34,919 nt of DNA from Octopus bimaculoides (GCF_001194135.2 NC_068983.1:63439114-63474032), one strand, 5' to 3'. Positions 20,291-32,574 are shown, numbered from the stretch's first letter. Made by a program: numbers and translations. The notes: a model not told the origin generated them from the letters alone.

Positions 20291-21039
20291 AATCTTTCCT
20301 CAACAAATAAAAATATCAGATAAAAAGGATTCCAGCTTCATTTGGAAATAGTTTCAAGAAAGTAAAATGTTAATGACCTGACATTAAACTCCACTTTCAG
20401 TGTACATTATGTTAGTCTGGATATTTATAATCCTATTACCACAGTTATAGAGATAGAGAACTTACTTTAAGGGAGTCTATACATGTCTTGCCACATCATA
20501 ACATAGATCTATATGATAGTATATGTTATGGAAATGTCATTGTTATCTGATATATTATACATAGCCATAACATATTGTATTGCAGAGAAATATAATGCGC
20601 TATCGTTAGACATTTCTTCACATTCAGTTTAATTAGATGTTGATTATTTATGAAATACCGAAAATTTGAGGGAATTTTATCTATCTTACAAACAAAATCT
20701 TTAAATCAAAATTCTTTAAATAATTCTCAGCAATATCCTGTACTTAACGTTCTTACAGGATATATTGTTGTGTTCAAGTTGTTTGAGATATTACTGCTTA
20801 ATATGAATATACTAAGTGTAGAGCAAAACTCCTGGCCAATTGTGTTTTATTACTGAGGCAGTCGAAAGTGAAAAACTACGAGTTAACTCAGTGAAAAGTT
20901 CCCCGGCATATGCAACACGTTAGGAAACTTAGTTGTGTTACTAACAAAGAAAATGAAATTAATATGATAAAAATATGTAGTCCTTTATGACTGTCTCTCC
21001 TATTAGCATTAAAGGGTAGAAATGCGTATGTTATGTCTT

Positions 21040-21400
21040 TTCAATTTTTCTTGTTTAATTTGGAAGAAAGAACTGTGTCAATGGCCTTTCAGAGATATGT
21101 GGTCAATGAAGTTGATTTTCGCGAACAGTTGCAAGTTGATGATCGTAAGAAGGTATTGAGAATGTGCTAGGATTGAAAATAATGGTTAGTGCAGATCCTA
21201 GGGTATCAGAGACATTATGAGTGATGAGGGAACGAGAGAATAGCAAGTTGAGTTATTTTGGATGATTGTGGAATGAGACAAACTATGTGAAAGAATCTGA
21301 AGGCACTGGGTAGAGTGGAGAGGAGTATAGTTGGTAAGTTCGGAGTACTGGTTCTTCTAAGGCTAGTAACTACTCATCGTGTCTATTTCATCAGTTGAAC
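21040..21400 (-). mobile_element. CR1/Jockey-like LINE RT, N-terminal half, decayed; probably the same element as 18760-19880
   Basis: NYxP (~21320-21335), DHQ..FR (~21111-21145) and decayed D.SKA(F)DTV..LSSKL (21050-21096) occur in RT order. Confidence 0.6.
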
Positions 21401-21929
21401 TAATATTCGTTTTAGAAAGAAGACTTTGGCAAAGACAAAAACCAACTTGGTAGCATAATTTAGGAGCACAAGTTTTAATAATTGTCAACTACGTGAAAAT
21501 AACGATGAAAAATGGCGACAGTAGCAACTAAGATAAAATTATCGGTAGAAGTACTGCTTGCAGAGACGTCTTGTTTAAAAGAATGTGTTAGAGGATTGTG
21601 TAAAATTTCAGGAGATTCTTTCGGAAAGCATCAAGATGCTCAGCTGTAGTAATGAAAGAGAAGAGAACGTTTAGGGTGTGTAATACAGTGAAGAAGTCTT
21701 AAGCTTCTAAATAAATTGCAATGGGTTTATAGTAGATTTAAATAGTTCTTCTACGTTTCCAATGAATGTGAGAAAATCTGTAGGAATTCTTTGACGCCGC
21801 AGGCAAGGCTATCAACAATGTTAATAAGAAAAGTCGCTGTTCTTGGATTAGAAAGGGATTAATAAACAACTATTTAACTGAAGTAGCATATTAGTCTATC
21901 GTAATGTAGGTACACCATGCCAGCCCGCC

Positions 21930-22035
21930 ACACCACAACACAACACAACACGCCACACCACACCACACCGCACCACATACACATATGTAAATCTACACAC
22001 GCGCGCGCACACACAAACACACACACACACGCACA
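21930..22035. repeat. CAC/CA-rich microsatellite
   Basis: Read directly. Confidence 0.9.
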
Positions 22036-22039
22036 CCTA

Positions 22040-23471
22040 TCTTTTATCATTTAATTTTTCATGTTGGGACACTGCCTTAAAGGGTTTAGTCGAACAAATC
22101 GACCCCAGTAATTTTCTAAGCCTGGTACTTATCCAATCGGTCGCTTTTTGCCGAATTGCTAAGTCACGACGACGTAAAGAAACCAATACAGGTTGTCAAG
22201 TGGTGGTGAGAGACACGCACATACATACATACATACATACATACATACATACATACATACACACACACATACNNNNNNNNNNNNNNNNNNNNNNNNNNNN
22301 NNNNNNNNNNNNNNNNNNNNNNNNNNNNNNNNNNNNNNNNNNNNNNNNNNNNNNNNNNNNNNNNNNNNNNNNNNNNNNNNNNNNNNNNNNNNNNNNNNNN
22401 NNNNNNNNNNNNNNNNNNNNNNNNNNNNNNNNNNNNNNNNNNNNNNNNNNNNNNNNNNNNNNNNNNNNNNNNNNNNNNNNNNNNNNNNNNNNNNNNNNNN
22501 NNNNNNNNNNNNNNNNNNNNNNNNNNNNNNNNNNNNNNNNNNNNNNNNNNNNNNNNNNNNNNNNNNNNNNNNNNNNNNNNNNNNNNNNNNNNNNNNNNNN
22601 NNNNNNNNNNNNNNNNNNNNNNNNNNNNNNNNNNNNNNNNNNNNNNNNNNNNNNNNNNNNNNNNNNNNNNNNNNNNNNNNNNNNNNNNNNNNNNNNNNNN
22701 NNNNNNNNNNNNNNNNNNNNNNNNNNNNNNNNNNNNNNNNNNNNNNNNNNNNNNNNNNNNNNNNNNNNNNNNNNNNNNNNNNNNNNNNNNNNNNNNNNNN
22801 NNNNNNNNNNNNNNNNNNNNNNNNNNNNNNNNNNNNNNNNNNNNNNNNNNNNNNNNNNNNNNNNNNNNNNNNNNNNNNNNNNNNNNNNNNNNNNNNNNNN
22901 NNNNNNNNNNNNNNNNNNNNNNNNNNNNNNNNNNNNNNNNNNNNNNNNNNNNNNNNNNNNNNNNNNNNNNNNNNNNNNNNNNNNNNNNNNNNNNNNNNNN
23001 NNNNNNNNNNNNNNNNNNNNNNNNNNNNNNNNNNNNNNNNNNNNNNNNNNNNNNNNNNNNNNNNNNATATGTACACACATACATACATACATACATACAT
23101 ACATGCATGCATGCATACATACATGCATGCATACATACATACATACATGCATACATACATACATACATACATGCATACATACACACATATATACATGCAT
23201 ACATACATACATACGTACACACATACATACATACATACATACATACATACATACATACATACATACATGCATGCATACATACATGCATACATGCATGCAT
23301 ACATACATGCATACATGCATACATACATACATACATACATACATACATACGTACATGCATACGTACGGCGAGCTTCTGTCAGTTTTTCTATACCAAATTC
23401 TCTCACGAAGCTTTGGATTTCCCAGGGTTATTTTAGAAGACACTTGGCTAAGGTACCATACAATGGAACTG
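22040..23471 (-). mobile_element. SINE family B copy with expanded internal (TACA/TGCA)n tract
   Basis: Tail half at 22040-22212 and head half at 23365-23471 both align to 14498-14882 (reverse complement). Microsatellite 22218-23364 lies between them and includes a 794-N gap. Confidence 0.78.
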
Positions 23472-23523
23472 ATATATAACGTATATAATGTATTCATCTA
23501 TATAGATATATTTAGGGGCCTGT

Positions 23524-23772
23524 AGAAAACCCGTTAAAATACCTTTGTCATCCATATGAAACGGCTGAGAAATAGAATTACTGGGACAAAATGTGTCCTA
23601 TCTCAAACGACTAAACAGTTAAACATGCTCGTCAACAGACATCTTTCCTTGTCAGAAAAATAGCTGTCACTGATACCAATTGTTATTCTAATTTCTGTGA
23701 TGTTAATCGATTTTCAAAAGACATTCAAAGACAACCACATGCTGCCATAAAATAGAATGGTAAAATTGTAAA
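23524..23772. repeat. Unclassified ~250-bp interspersed repeat, copy 1
   Basis: Collinear with 25564-25810. Shared blocks GAATTACTGGGACAAAA, CTGTGATGTTAAT.GATTTTCAAAAGA and GCTGCCATA. Confidence 0.8.
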
Positions 23773-24212
23773 CAACCGCTGACATCATCGCTACCATCAA
23801 TACCATCATCACTCACCATTTTTACATTCCCTATCTCCATATGAAAGAAACACACATATATATATATATGTATGTATTCGCGTCTTAAAATATTATATAC
23901 ATATATTCAAGTATGTCATACACGTCTTAAAATCAATTTAAAACCGCAGATTGAAAAGAAATGTTCCAATTTCTCTAAAATATCATCTGATAATCGACCA
24001 TTTTTGAAGAGAGTGAAGGAAAAGTAACCCATCTTAACGTTAAAAGCTATCGACAATCGGTGGTGGCTTAATCGAAACATGTGAGACTCTACTTGTTGCT
24101 ATACAGCTAGTATCACATTGAAAGAGCATTGTTGATGTACACAAATTGCTTACGGTAATGAAATAACTCAACATAAACAATGTAGGTGAGTATCCAAGTA
24201 GAAAAAAGTATC

Positions 24213-24414
24213 CTTTCATCTACAGGCACAAGGCCCAAAATTTTGGAGAGGGAGGGTGGATAGCCGATTATATTGAGGAGTGTTCAACCTCTACTTATTT
24301 TATCGACATCGGAAGGCCGGAAGACAAAGTTAGCTTGGCAGAATTTGAACTCAGAATAAATTACGATAGACATTTTGCCCGGTGTGCTAACGATTCTGCC
24401 AACTCACCGCTTTG
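24213..24414 (-). mobile_element. SINE family C with decayed 17-bp TSD
   Basis: AGAATTTGAACTCAGAA..CCCGGTGTGCTAACGATTCTGCCAACTCACCGC. Flanks 24196-24212 and 24415-24431 match at 14/17. Confidence 0.85.
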
Positions 24415-25437
24415 AACTAGAAGAAAATATCAACATCCTGCGCTGCAGAAACGGCGGCCATCTAGATAATGTCGCTTGGATAAGGCTAAGAGTATTTCAC
24501 TGTGAACCAACAATAACTCACGAAAAAGAAAATTGTCTAAAACAATAGAGATTTTACGATCCAAACGGATGCGGTGAAATTCATTTGAACAAACTGAAGT
24601 CGTTGAATAAGAAACCATGTCAGAGAAAGTATTATTCTAAAGAACCAGTATCAACGAACCAGTATCAACGACAGTTTCAGTCCACATGCTCTAAACCGGT
24701 GGCTGAAAGAAAGCTGCACACATTACATTACATTCACACACACAAACACACAGACTTGTGCGCACACATATCATAGTGATTGCTTTGTCTTCACAGATGA
24801 TTACCGTCTCCGTGTGCTTCTTCTCGACAGTATCATTTCTGACTTTCCGTCCAAGACCTCTCAGGTGACTATTCAGCCCTTTGCAGATCTGCATCGCTTA
24901 AAGCAATAGTGACAGATGAAAGTTGTAACTTATTGTGCACTTTCAACAGGTTAGGTCAGCACACGTCGTCACTCCTCCATTGCCAATGGATGGAATGATA
25001 AATAATGTCACCATAAAGGGACACCTGTACGTCAGTGGAATATTGTCATAAACGTTTATACAACACACGTACCAATCTCTGAATCGCGCTGATTAGTACC
25101 TAATGATAGGCCGAAGTGAGATGACCAGTAATCACGTAAAACTGCTAGACAGTGTCCCTCTCCTAGAGAGATGGTGTGACAGCAGTTGAGGATCTTTACT
25201 CCCAGTGACTTTACTGCACGACCTGACACTAGCCAGGGTATTTCGGTAACCCCGTGCTCAGATGGATAATCATCACATATGCTACTGATCCCAGGAACCC
25301 TGACAGGTGCTACTACTCCGGGTCAAAGCAGATCATAGAACAGCAGTGGCAAAAAATTGTTTTCACACTCCTCAAAATCCCGGAACTCGCCAACCAGAGC
25401 GCCACTAACAGATGCAGTTTAAAGTCATGTTCAGGAC

Positions 25438-25535
25438 ATACATACACGCATACATACATACATACATACATACATACATACATACATACATACACACATA
25501 CATACATACATACATACATACATACATACATACAT
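25438..25535. repeat. (TACA)n microsatellite
   Basis: Read directly. Confidence 0.96.
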
Positions 25536-25563
25536 TCGTATAAGATTTATTCTCGTGTTAGCA

Positions 25564-25810
25564 AGAAAACCGTGAAAATCCTTTTGTCGACAATATGAAA
25601 TAGCTAAAGAATTACTGGGACAAAACCTACCCTATCTTAAACCATTTAACAGCTTAACGGCTACGACTGTTGGTATCTTTCATTGACCAAAAAAGTAACT
25701 GTCTCAGATTGTAGTTGTTATTTATAACTCCTGTGATGTTAATTGATTTTCAAAAGATATCTCCAAACAACTCTTTTGCTGCCATAGAAGTGAAAGAAAA
25801 AATTGTTAAA
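25564..25810. repeat. Unclassified ~250-bp interspersed repeat, copy 2
   Basis: See 23524-23772. Confidence 0.8.
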
Positions 25811-26639
25811 AAATGTAATAAATAAATAGAATAATAAATAAATTAATAAATAAATTAATAAGTTTCCTCTCAGGAAGATTTAAAATCGTTTTTGTCAAAG
25901 ATCATGATGAAAGAAAATTATTTCAACAATAATGCATCATGGCTGAACAAGTCAGTAATGGTGAATTAATAGGAATTGTAAAACCCCAAACACTTTGAAA
26001 GTTAGTCAGACTGGGAGGTAAGTGAATAGTGGGAAACAGTACAGCAGGCTACTGGACAAAGCAATGCATACGAGATCCCATACTTTTATTGATAACAAAT
26101 CATAGCATACATAAACATTGGGCTCTTTGATTCGTGGGGACCTTCAGGTAACTTTTCTTTTTAATCGCTTAGATAACCTCATTTGATCAAACCTTTTATC
26201 CTCAGTCAATATTAATCATGCTTCTATATATGTATGTGCAGGCATAAAACCTATTTTTTATGAAGGTATGGATGGTGAAAGACTTTAGCACTTAGTCAAG
26301 CATGCAAGTTTTCTATTCCATGTCATCCAACGGATAATGATCCAAGAGGAAAGCCGCTGCCGACTTGAATCCGATACAATTTGGTACCAATGTTGCGACG
26401 GGTTTCCTGTCAGATGTCAAAAAGCCAGAACAAATATCACAAGGCAGAAAGTTGTTACAAATACTGCAATGGATTGTATTTGTAACTCTATGGGCTTTGA
26501 GGATGATTACTATAACGATGAAAGTGCCTGTAAAATATTCAGGCAGAGTAATAACTTGGGTAACTTAGATATGTTTCAGCCAAAGATTGGCCCTGGCCAT
26601 GTCTAACTTAATAGCACCGCCTGATAAGATCTGCTAAGT

Positions 26640-27000
26640 CATTTTAAAATCAAGTTTTGTGCTATCATGACCCATTCCAGTTGGTAGTTGTTGTTGACTA
26701 AGACGTATCTAGGTATAAGTAATCTTATCTGGTATCTGTTGAAGGAATTCGTGCAAGTTTCGCTTGAAGGTGGTGGGATTTTTTTCTTCTCTGGTTTGTA
26801 TTGGGATAATGTTAAATAAAGCAGAGCTTTTGAAGAAAAGAAATTTAGTTGCAGTAGATTTATGTATTGTGATCCTGAATTGTGTAAGGGGCGTATGGCA
26901 CGTGGTCCCAGCGACGGATGAATTTTGAATCTAATATTAAGGTAATTTGGGTAATGCTGATGATATATTCTCCACACTGGGCAAATAATGTAGCGCTCAC
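26640..27000 (-). mobile_element. CR1-like LINE 3' terminal fragment
   Basis: LQLNFFSSKA...; a shifted frame gives FLQQIPDK (cf. the CR1-type C-terminus LDxFLxxIPDxP), followed by NNN. Confidence 0.55.
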
Positions 27001-27007
27001 AGTGGCG

Positions 27008-27010
<3 letters not shown>

Positions 27011-27052
<42 letters not shown>
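27011..27052. repeat. (CA)n microsatellite
   Basis: Read directly. Confidence 0.97.
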
Positions 27053-27058
<6 letters not shown>

Positions 27059-27065
27059 TATATAG

Positions 27066-27215
27066 TGAAGGTGCATGGCTCAGTGATTAGAGCGCCGAGC
27101 TTAAGATCTTGTGGTTGTGAGTTCGCTTCCCGGACCGGGCTGCGTGTTGTGTTCTTGAGCAGGACACTTTATTTCACCTTGCTCCAGTTAACTCAGCTGC
27201 AGAAATGAGCTGCGA
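27066..27215 (+). mobile_element. SINE family A, 5' half (cut by gap)
   Basis: TGGCTCAGTGATTAGAGC..GAGTTCGCTTCCCGGACCGGGCTGCGTGTTGTGTTCTTGAGCAGGACAC aligns to 1803-1930. Confidence 0.88.
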
Positions 27216-28271
27216 NNNNNNNNNNNNNNNNNNNNNNNNNNNNNNNNNNNNNNNNNNNNNNNNNNNNNNNNNNNNNNNNNNNNNNNNNNNNNNNNNNNNN
27301 NNNNNNNNNNNNNNNATATTATATATATATATATGTATATGTATATATATTATATATATATATATAATATGTATATATATATTACATCTATAATTTAACG
27401 ATTCGAATAATTGGAATATTTATCGTCGAAACAGACGGGGTTCATATTCATGTTAATCTTTTAGCTACATGCAATGTGCACGTGTTGTTTTCTGAAATAT
27501 AATTCAGTAGAAAATCTTCGAATTGATTTACAAATTATTTTCACTATACTACAATTCATGTTTTTTCCTGGTGTATTTTTTAAAGAGAACGGTTGAAATT
27601 CCAGGCTTTTAAATACATCTTTTGTCCCTGAAACAAGTGTGTGCTTAAAATATGTTAGATTTTAATGGTTTCAGTCTTCAGATTGGTCATGCTGCGATGT
27701 TGTCTTGTTAGAGTCAATTATACCAAGCCCACTTCGATCGTTAGATGGAAATGGAACCCAGCAATATTGATTTCAAGCATAAAGATAAGCCCTCCCAGAA
27801 CCAATGGGAAAGGTCAACGAAGTATCATCCATACGGATGCGTTTGGAGAGAAGTATGGATCGACAAAATAATATATATATACACATACATGCATATAAAG
27901 ATACAGACATATATGTACAAATATACAAATACATAATACGCATGTAACTAGATTCTTTTACACATTTGTGTGTATAAAAGAAAGTAAGTAGTGTGTTGTG
28001 TGTGTTTGTGTGTAACTCTATACATAGATACGTGCATGTATATTAAAGAATATGTAAATATTAAACACATACAGCAAGATACACATACACACACACATTA
28101 GAGAGTTTCAGATTTTTTGTCTCAGGCACAGGAAAGGTGAGCACATACAATTATTATAATTTCCGATTGTATTTCTATATTTTGTGTATCGCAGTAGGAG
28201 GCAATCAAGCTACAAATAGAAAGTGGGTGTAGCAGTCAGAGAGAACACATGTGCTAGTCTATAATGCATCC

Positions 28272-28276
<5 letters not shown>

Positions 28277-28311
<35 letters not shown>

Positions 28312-28386
28312 AACGCACAGAGTAGAATAGGTAGATAGACGGACAAATAGATATAACCATGTGTGTGTGGGAGTATACATACATAT

Positions 28387-28450
<64 letters not shown>

Positions 28451-29135
28451 NNNNNNNNNNNNNNNNNNNNNNNNNNNNNNNNNNNNNNNNNNNNNNNNNN
28501 NNNNNNNNNNNNNNNNNNNNNNNNNNNNNNNNNNNNNNNNNNNNNNNNNNNNNNNNNNNNNNNNNNNNNNNNNNNNNNNNNNNNNNNNNNNNNNNNNNNN
28601 NNNNNNNNNNNNNNNNNNNNNNNNNNNNNNNNNNNNNNNNNNNNNNNNNNNNNNNNNNNNNNNNNNNNNNNNNNNNNNNNNNNNNNNNNNNNNNNNNNNN
28701 NNNNNNNNNNNNNNNNNNNNNNNNNNNNNNNNNNNNNNNNNNNNNNNNNNNNNNNNNNNNNNNNNNNNNNNNNNNNNNNNNNNNNNNNNNNNNNNNNNNN
28801 NNNNNNNNNNNNNNNNNNNNNNNNNNNNNNNNNNNNNNNNNNNNNNNNNNNNNNNNNNNNNNNNNNNNNNNNNNNNNNNNNNNNNNNNNNNNNNNNNNNN
28901 NNNNNNNNNNNNNNNNNNNNNNNNNNNNNNNNNNNNNNNNNNNNNNNNNNNNNNNNNNNNNNNNNNNNNNNNNNNNNNNNNNNNNNNNNNNNNNNNNNNN
29001 NNNNNNNNNNNNNNNNNNNNNNNNNNNNNNNNNNNNNNNNNNNNNNNNNNNNNNNNNNNNNNNNNNNNNNNNNNNNNNNNNNNNNNNNNNNNNNNNNNNN
29101 NNNNNNNNNNNNNNNNNNNNNNNNNNNNNNNNNNN

Positions 29136-29169
<34 letters not shown>

Positions 29170-29225
29170 TACATACATACATATATAAATATGTATATAT
29201 ATATGTATATATATATATTAATACA
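28277..29225. repeat. (CA)n and (TA)n tracts surrounding a 685-N gap
   Basis: Read directly. Gap at 28451-29135. Confidence 0.9.
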
Positions 29226-29404
29226 CATATTCTGTTGGTTTTCTTTTTTGTTGATAATTTGATGTTTTAATGTTTTTTTTTCCTTTTCTTCTTGCAAAAA
29301 TATGTTGTTAATAAAAATCTATTCACATTAAAAAGAAGAAAAGAAAGTTTCCAGAAACTGGCTTCATATATTCAATCTGCGCTCGTAAAAATTATCCCCT
29401 GAAC

Positions 29405-29600
29405 GACACTATTGGTTGTACTGCTAGAAATAGCAGCTAAATAAAGCTTCCGTCATCTACTCACTTCTTGAAAGTAGGGAAGAAAACCTTAGACAATATA
29501 GTCCAAGAAGATTCTTTTAAAAAAAACGGGATTGTCATGGCTGGAATGTTTATAATCAAATGTCTGTTCAATTCAAAGATAACCTGAGCCACTAAACAAT
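29405..29600 (+). mobile_element. Unclassified retroposon family D, 3' part
   Basis: GCTAGAAATAGCAGCTAAAT (29423-29442) recurs inverted at 29974-29993 (17/20) and more weakly near 20255. Ends in an AAC/trinucleotide-like tail. Confidence 0.45.
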
Positions 29601-29608
29601 TGGAACAT

Positions 29609-29667
29609 CACGACGACGACGACGACGACCACCACCACCACACGACGACGACGATGACGACCACAAC
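29609..29667. repeat. (ACG/ACC)n trinucleotide mosaic
   Basis: Read directly. Confidence 0.93.
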
Positions 29668-29735
29668 GTGATCATCGCATTATCGTTTTTATATATTAAA
29701 AATTACATAACCCAGTTCAACGTATGTCCTCCTTT

Positions 29736-29948
29736 AAGAGAGCAGGCAGAAACGTTAGCAGGCCGGGCAAAATGCTTAGCGGTGTTTCGTCAGTCTTTAC
29801 GTTCTGAGTTCAAATTCCGCCGAAGTCGACTTTGCCTTTCATCCTTTCAGGCTCAATAAATTAAGTACCAGTTGCGCATTGAGGTCGATCTAATCGACTG
29901 GCCCCCTCCCTAAAAATTTCGGGCCTTATGCCTACAGTAGAAAAGAAA
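29736..29948 (+). mobile_element. SINE family C (Meta-domain-like), full length
   Basis: GCAGAAACGTTAGCAGGCCGGG..GAGTTCAAATTCCGCCGAAGTCGACTTTGCCTTTCATCCTTTC..TAAATTAAGTACCAG, with an A-rich tail. Confidence 0.92.
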
Positions 29949-30231
29949 GAGAGCAGGGTGGAATTTGAGAGAAATTAGGCTGCTATTTCGAGCCGATCGA
30001 GTGCCCGCCTTTGAAGCTCCCACGACGGCTCGTAATAATGATACATAGTCAGCTTTATGTAATAGTCGAATGAGATAGAGAAGATTAAAGACATAGCCAA
30101 TATTATTAATGTTATCCTTTGCAATATAAAAGAAAAAAAATGATCTCATTTTATCAAAAGATATAACAAGAAATAAGTTTTACTTATTTATTAACAGTCA
30201 GTTTTTTTTTGTGTGTTTGTACTTGTTCTCA

Positions 30232-30366
30232 ATGATGATGATGATGATGATGATGACGATGATGATGATGTTGTTGTTGGTGTTGGTGGTGGCGTCGGCG
30301 GCGGCGGTGGTGGTGATGGTAGTGGTAGTGGTGGTATTGACGACGACGACGACGGCGACGACGATG
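30232..30366. repeat. (GAT/GTT/GGT/GGC/GAC)n trinucleotide mosaic
   Basis: Read directly. Source of the poly-D/G/H/R pseudo-ORFs. Confidence 0.95.
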
Positions 30367-30479
30367 TAATTTTATTGCTAAGAGATCATGTTTCTTTCCT
30401 TTGCTTGCAAGTTTGCAGAAACAACTGCCAGAGCATCGGACAAACTCCATGTAGTTTTTGTTCATACTCTCTATGGCAC

Positions 30480-30640
30480 CAGTTCAAATCCCACCTAGGT
30501 TAACTTTTGCTTTTTCACCATTCTGGGTAGTATCAATAAAATTAAATTACAAATCAAGTACGGGGGTTGATTTAATCGACTATACTCTTCATTTCAAATT
30601 TCTGGCTTTGTACCAGTGTTAGGGAGATATAAAATTAAGA
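30480..30640 (+). mobile_element. SINE family C, decayed copy
   Basis: GTTCAAATCCCACCTAGGTTAACTTTTGC..GGGGTTGATTTAATCGACT. Confidence 0.65.
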
Positions 30641-30772
30641 ACCAGTGAAGTACTAGAGTTGATGGTTTCGATTAACTTGTTCCCTCAAATTGCTTGATCC
30701 TTCCCTCAAACTGCTTGTCAAATTAACCTTTCATTCATTCAGAGTCGATAAAAAAAGTACTGGTTAAGTACT

Positions 30773-30883
30773 GTTGTTGTTAGCATTCCGTCGCTTACGA
30801 CGACGAGGGTTCCTGTTGATCCGATCAACGGAACAGCCTGCTCGTGAAATTAACGTGCAAGTGGCTGAGCACTCCACAGACAC
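30773..30883 (-). mobile_element. Probable retroposon 3' end with (AAC)n-type tail, cut by gap
   Basis: Plus strand GTTGTTGTT-AGCATTCCGTCGCTTACGACGACGAGGG... is GC-rich relative to its flanks and ends in a GTT repeat. Family assignment is from recall only. Confidence 0.45.
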
Positions 30884-31609
30884 NNNNNNNNNNNNNNNNN
30901 NNNNNNNNNNNNNNNNNNNNNNNNNNNNNNNNNNNNNNNNNNNNNNNNNNNNNNNNNNNNNNNNNNNNNNNNNNNNNNNNNNNNNNNNNNNNNNNNNNNN
31001 NNNNNNNNNNNNNNNNNNNNNNNNNNNNNNNNNNNNNNNNNNNNNNNNNNNNNNNNNNNNNNNNNTTTTGTATGCACACGAATAGTATCCGAAGGTTGCT
31101 GATTCGTGGAGTTATGTGGAACAACTGCAGTCACGTGTAAGATGGATTTGGCTATCAGCTGGGTTCTTTGGGAAGATCTGCCACCTTTCGAGATTGAGAA
31201 AGGCAGGCAGCTTATATCTGTTCAATGGCCTTGATGTAAGAGGTTATGTGGTAGACAAGATTGAAAAGGTTGAAGATGGATACCTTCCTGTTAAGTGATG
31301 ATCCCATCTTTTCCCAGTTTCACTTGAAAAGTAAAAAATGAAGGTGAAGACGGAAAGTTCTTCTTCGCTACACATTTGTTGAAAGGTAGATGAGAGTGGC
31401 GAACATGGTCCGAGTGAATGAACCTAATCTGAACATGCATCAGTTAATTGGAGACGCACAATTTGGGAGATGGCGCGTGCCTTAGTGGTCAGGATAATCG
31501 TGTTTTTTGGGGGGTTTCCACGAGTAACTTTCGGAAATTTTTTTGAATTCATTGCTTTTTTTTTTCTTTTCTTCTGTTTTATTTTTTACAAACAATTATT
31601 ATTACTGTC

Positions 31610-31762
31610 AGACAAAAAAATTTAGCAGCATTTCTTCTGATTCTTTACGTTTTGAGTTCATATTCCGCCAAGGTCGACTTCACTTTTCTTCCTTTGGAGG
31701 TTGATAAAGTACCAATCGAGCACTGGGGTCGATGTAATCGACTAGCCCCATCCCCAAAAAGA
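31610..31762 (+). mobile_element. SINE family C, 5'-truncated
   Basis: TTTGAGTTCATATTCCGCCAAGGTCGACTT..GATAAAGTACCAATCGAGCACTGGGGTCGATGTAATCGACT. Confidence 0.85.
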
Positions 31763-31766
31763 AAGG

Positions 31767-31982
31767 ATCATCATCATCATCATCATCATCATTATCATCA
31801 TCATCGTCGTCGTCGTCGTCGTCATCGTCAGAGAATCTTTATCATTATCATCAGCATTATCAACAGTATTAGCTTCAGTAGTAGGAACGAGATCACCATC
31901 ATCATCATCATCATTACTATCCCCATCCCCATCCCCATCACCATCATCATCATCATCACCACCACCATCATCATCGTCATCA
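31767..31982. repeat. (ATC/GTC/ACC)n trinucleotide mosaic
   Basis: Read directly. Confidence 0.93.
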
Positions 31983-32115
31983 TAATTTCTTCTACATTTA
32001 AGTGAGGCGAGTTATATAAGTAACTATATTGCAGCTAACATGTTACTGTTATCCTTCCCATGTGATCGATTAATTTCACGCGTCACTAAGCACAGAATCT
32101 GCTCAATCATACCAA

Positions 32116-32117
<2 letters not shown>

Positions 32118-32152
<35 letters not shown>

Positions 32153-32333
32153 TGTGTGTGTGTGTGCATGTGTGTGTGTGTGTGTATCTATCTGTTTGCG
32201 TACAACTGTGTGTTTGTAAGTATATACGTATGTATGCATGCGTGTATATACATCCACTTTTATATACCAACTTAGACATATCTTCTACACACTCGAAGAA
32301 AACAGAAAACATGTATATGAGCGTGCGTGTTCT

Positions 32334-32368
<35 letters not shown>

Positions 32369-32526
32369 TCGTGTGTGTACATGTGTACATAGACGCATAT
32401 ATATGTATGTGTGTGTATACTCTCTTCAATGTACCCTTTTTGTATGTATACATAAATATACATAAATATATGTATATACATATATACATACATATATATA
32501 ATACATACATATATTCATACATACGT

Positions 32527-32574
<48 letters not shown>

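Noticed and set aside
22159-23525. Long 400+ aa ORFs (MYVC/HTYI repeats)
   Set aside because: Translations of (TACA/TGCA)n plus N gaps; no coding complexity.
28126-28136. 11-nt micro-exon (TCTCAG|GCACAGGAAAG|GTGAGC)
   Set aside because: Splice-like signals this short are common by chance, and no neighbouring exons support it.
28259-29297. 300-aa ORFs of IY/YI repeats
   Set aside because: (TA)n and gap artefacts.
30213-30503. Poly-Asp/Gly and poly-His/Arg ORFs
   Set aside because: Trinucleotide mosaic with no flanking coding context or convincing splice structure.
31066-31480. Possible LINE fragment on the minus strand
   Set aside because: Composition is suggestive but I found no diagnostic motif, so it is left uncalled.
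31652-32005. His/Arg/Ile-rich ORF
   Set aside because: SINE body plus (ATC)n tail read-through.
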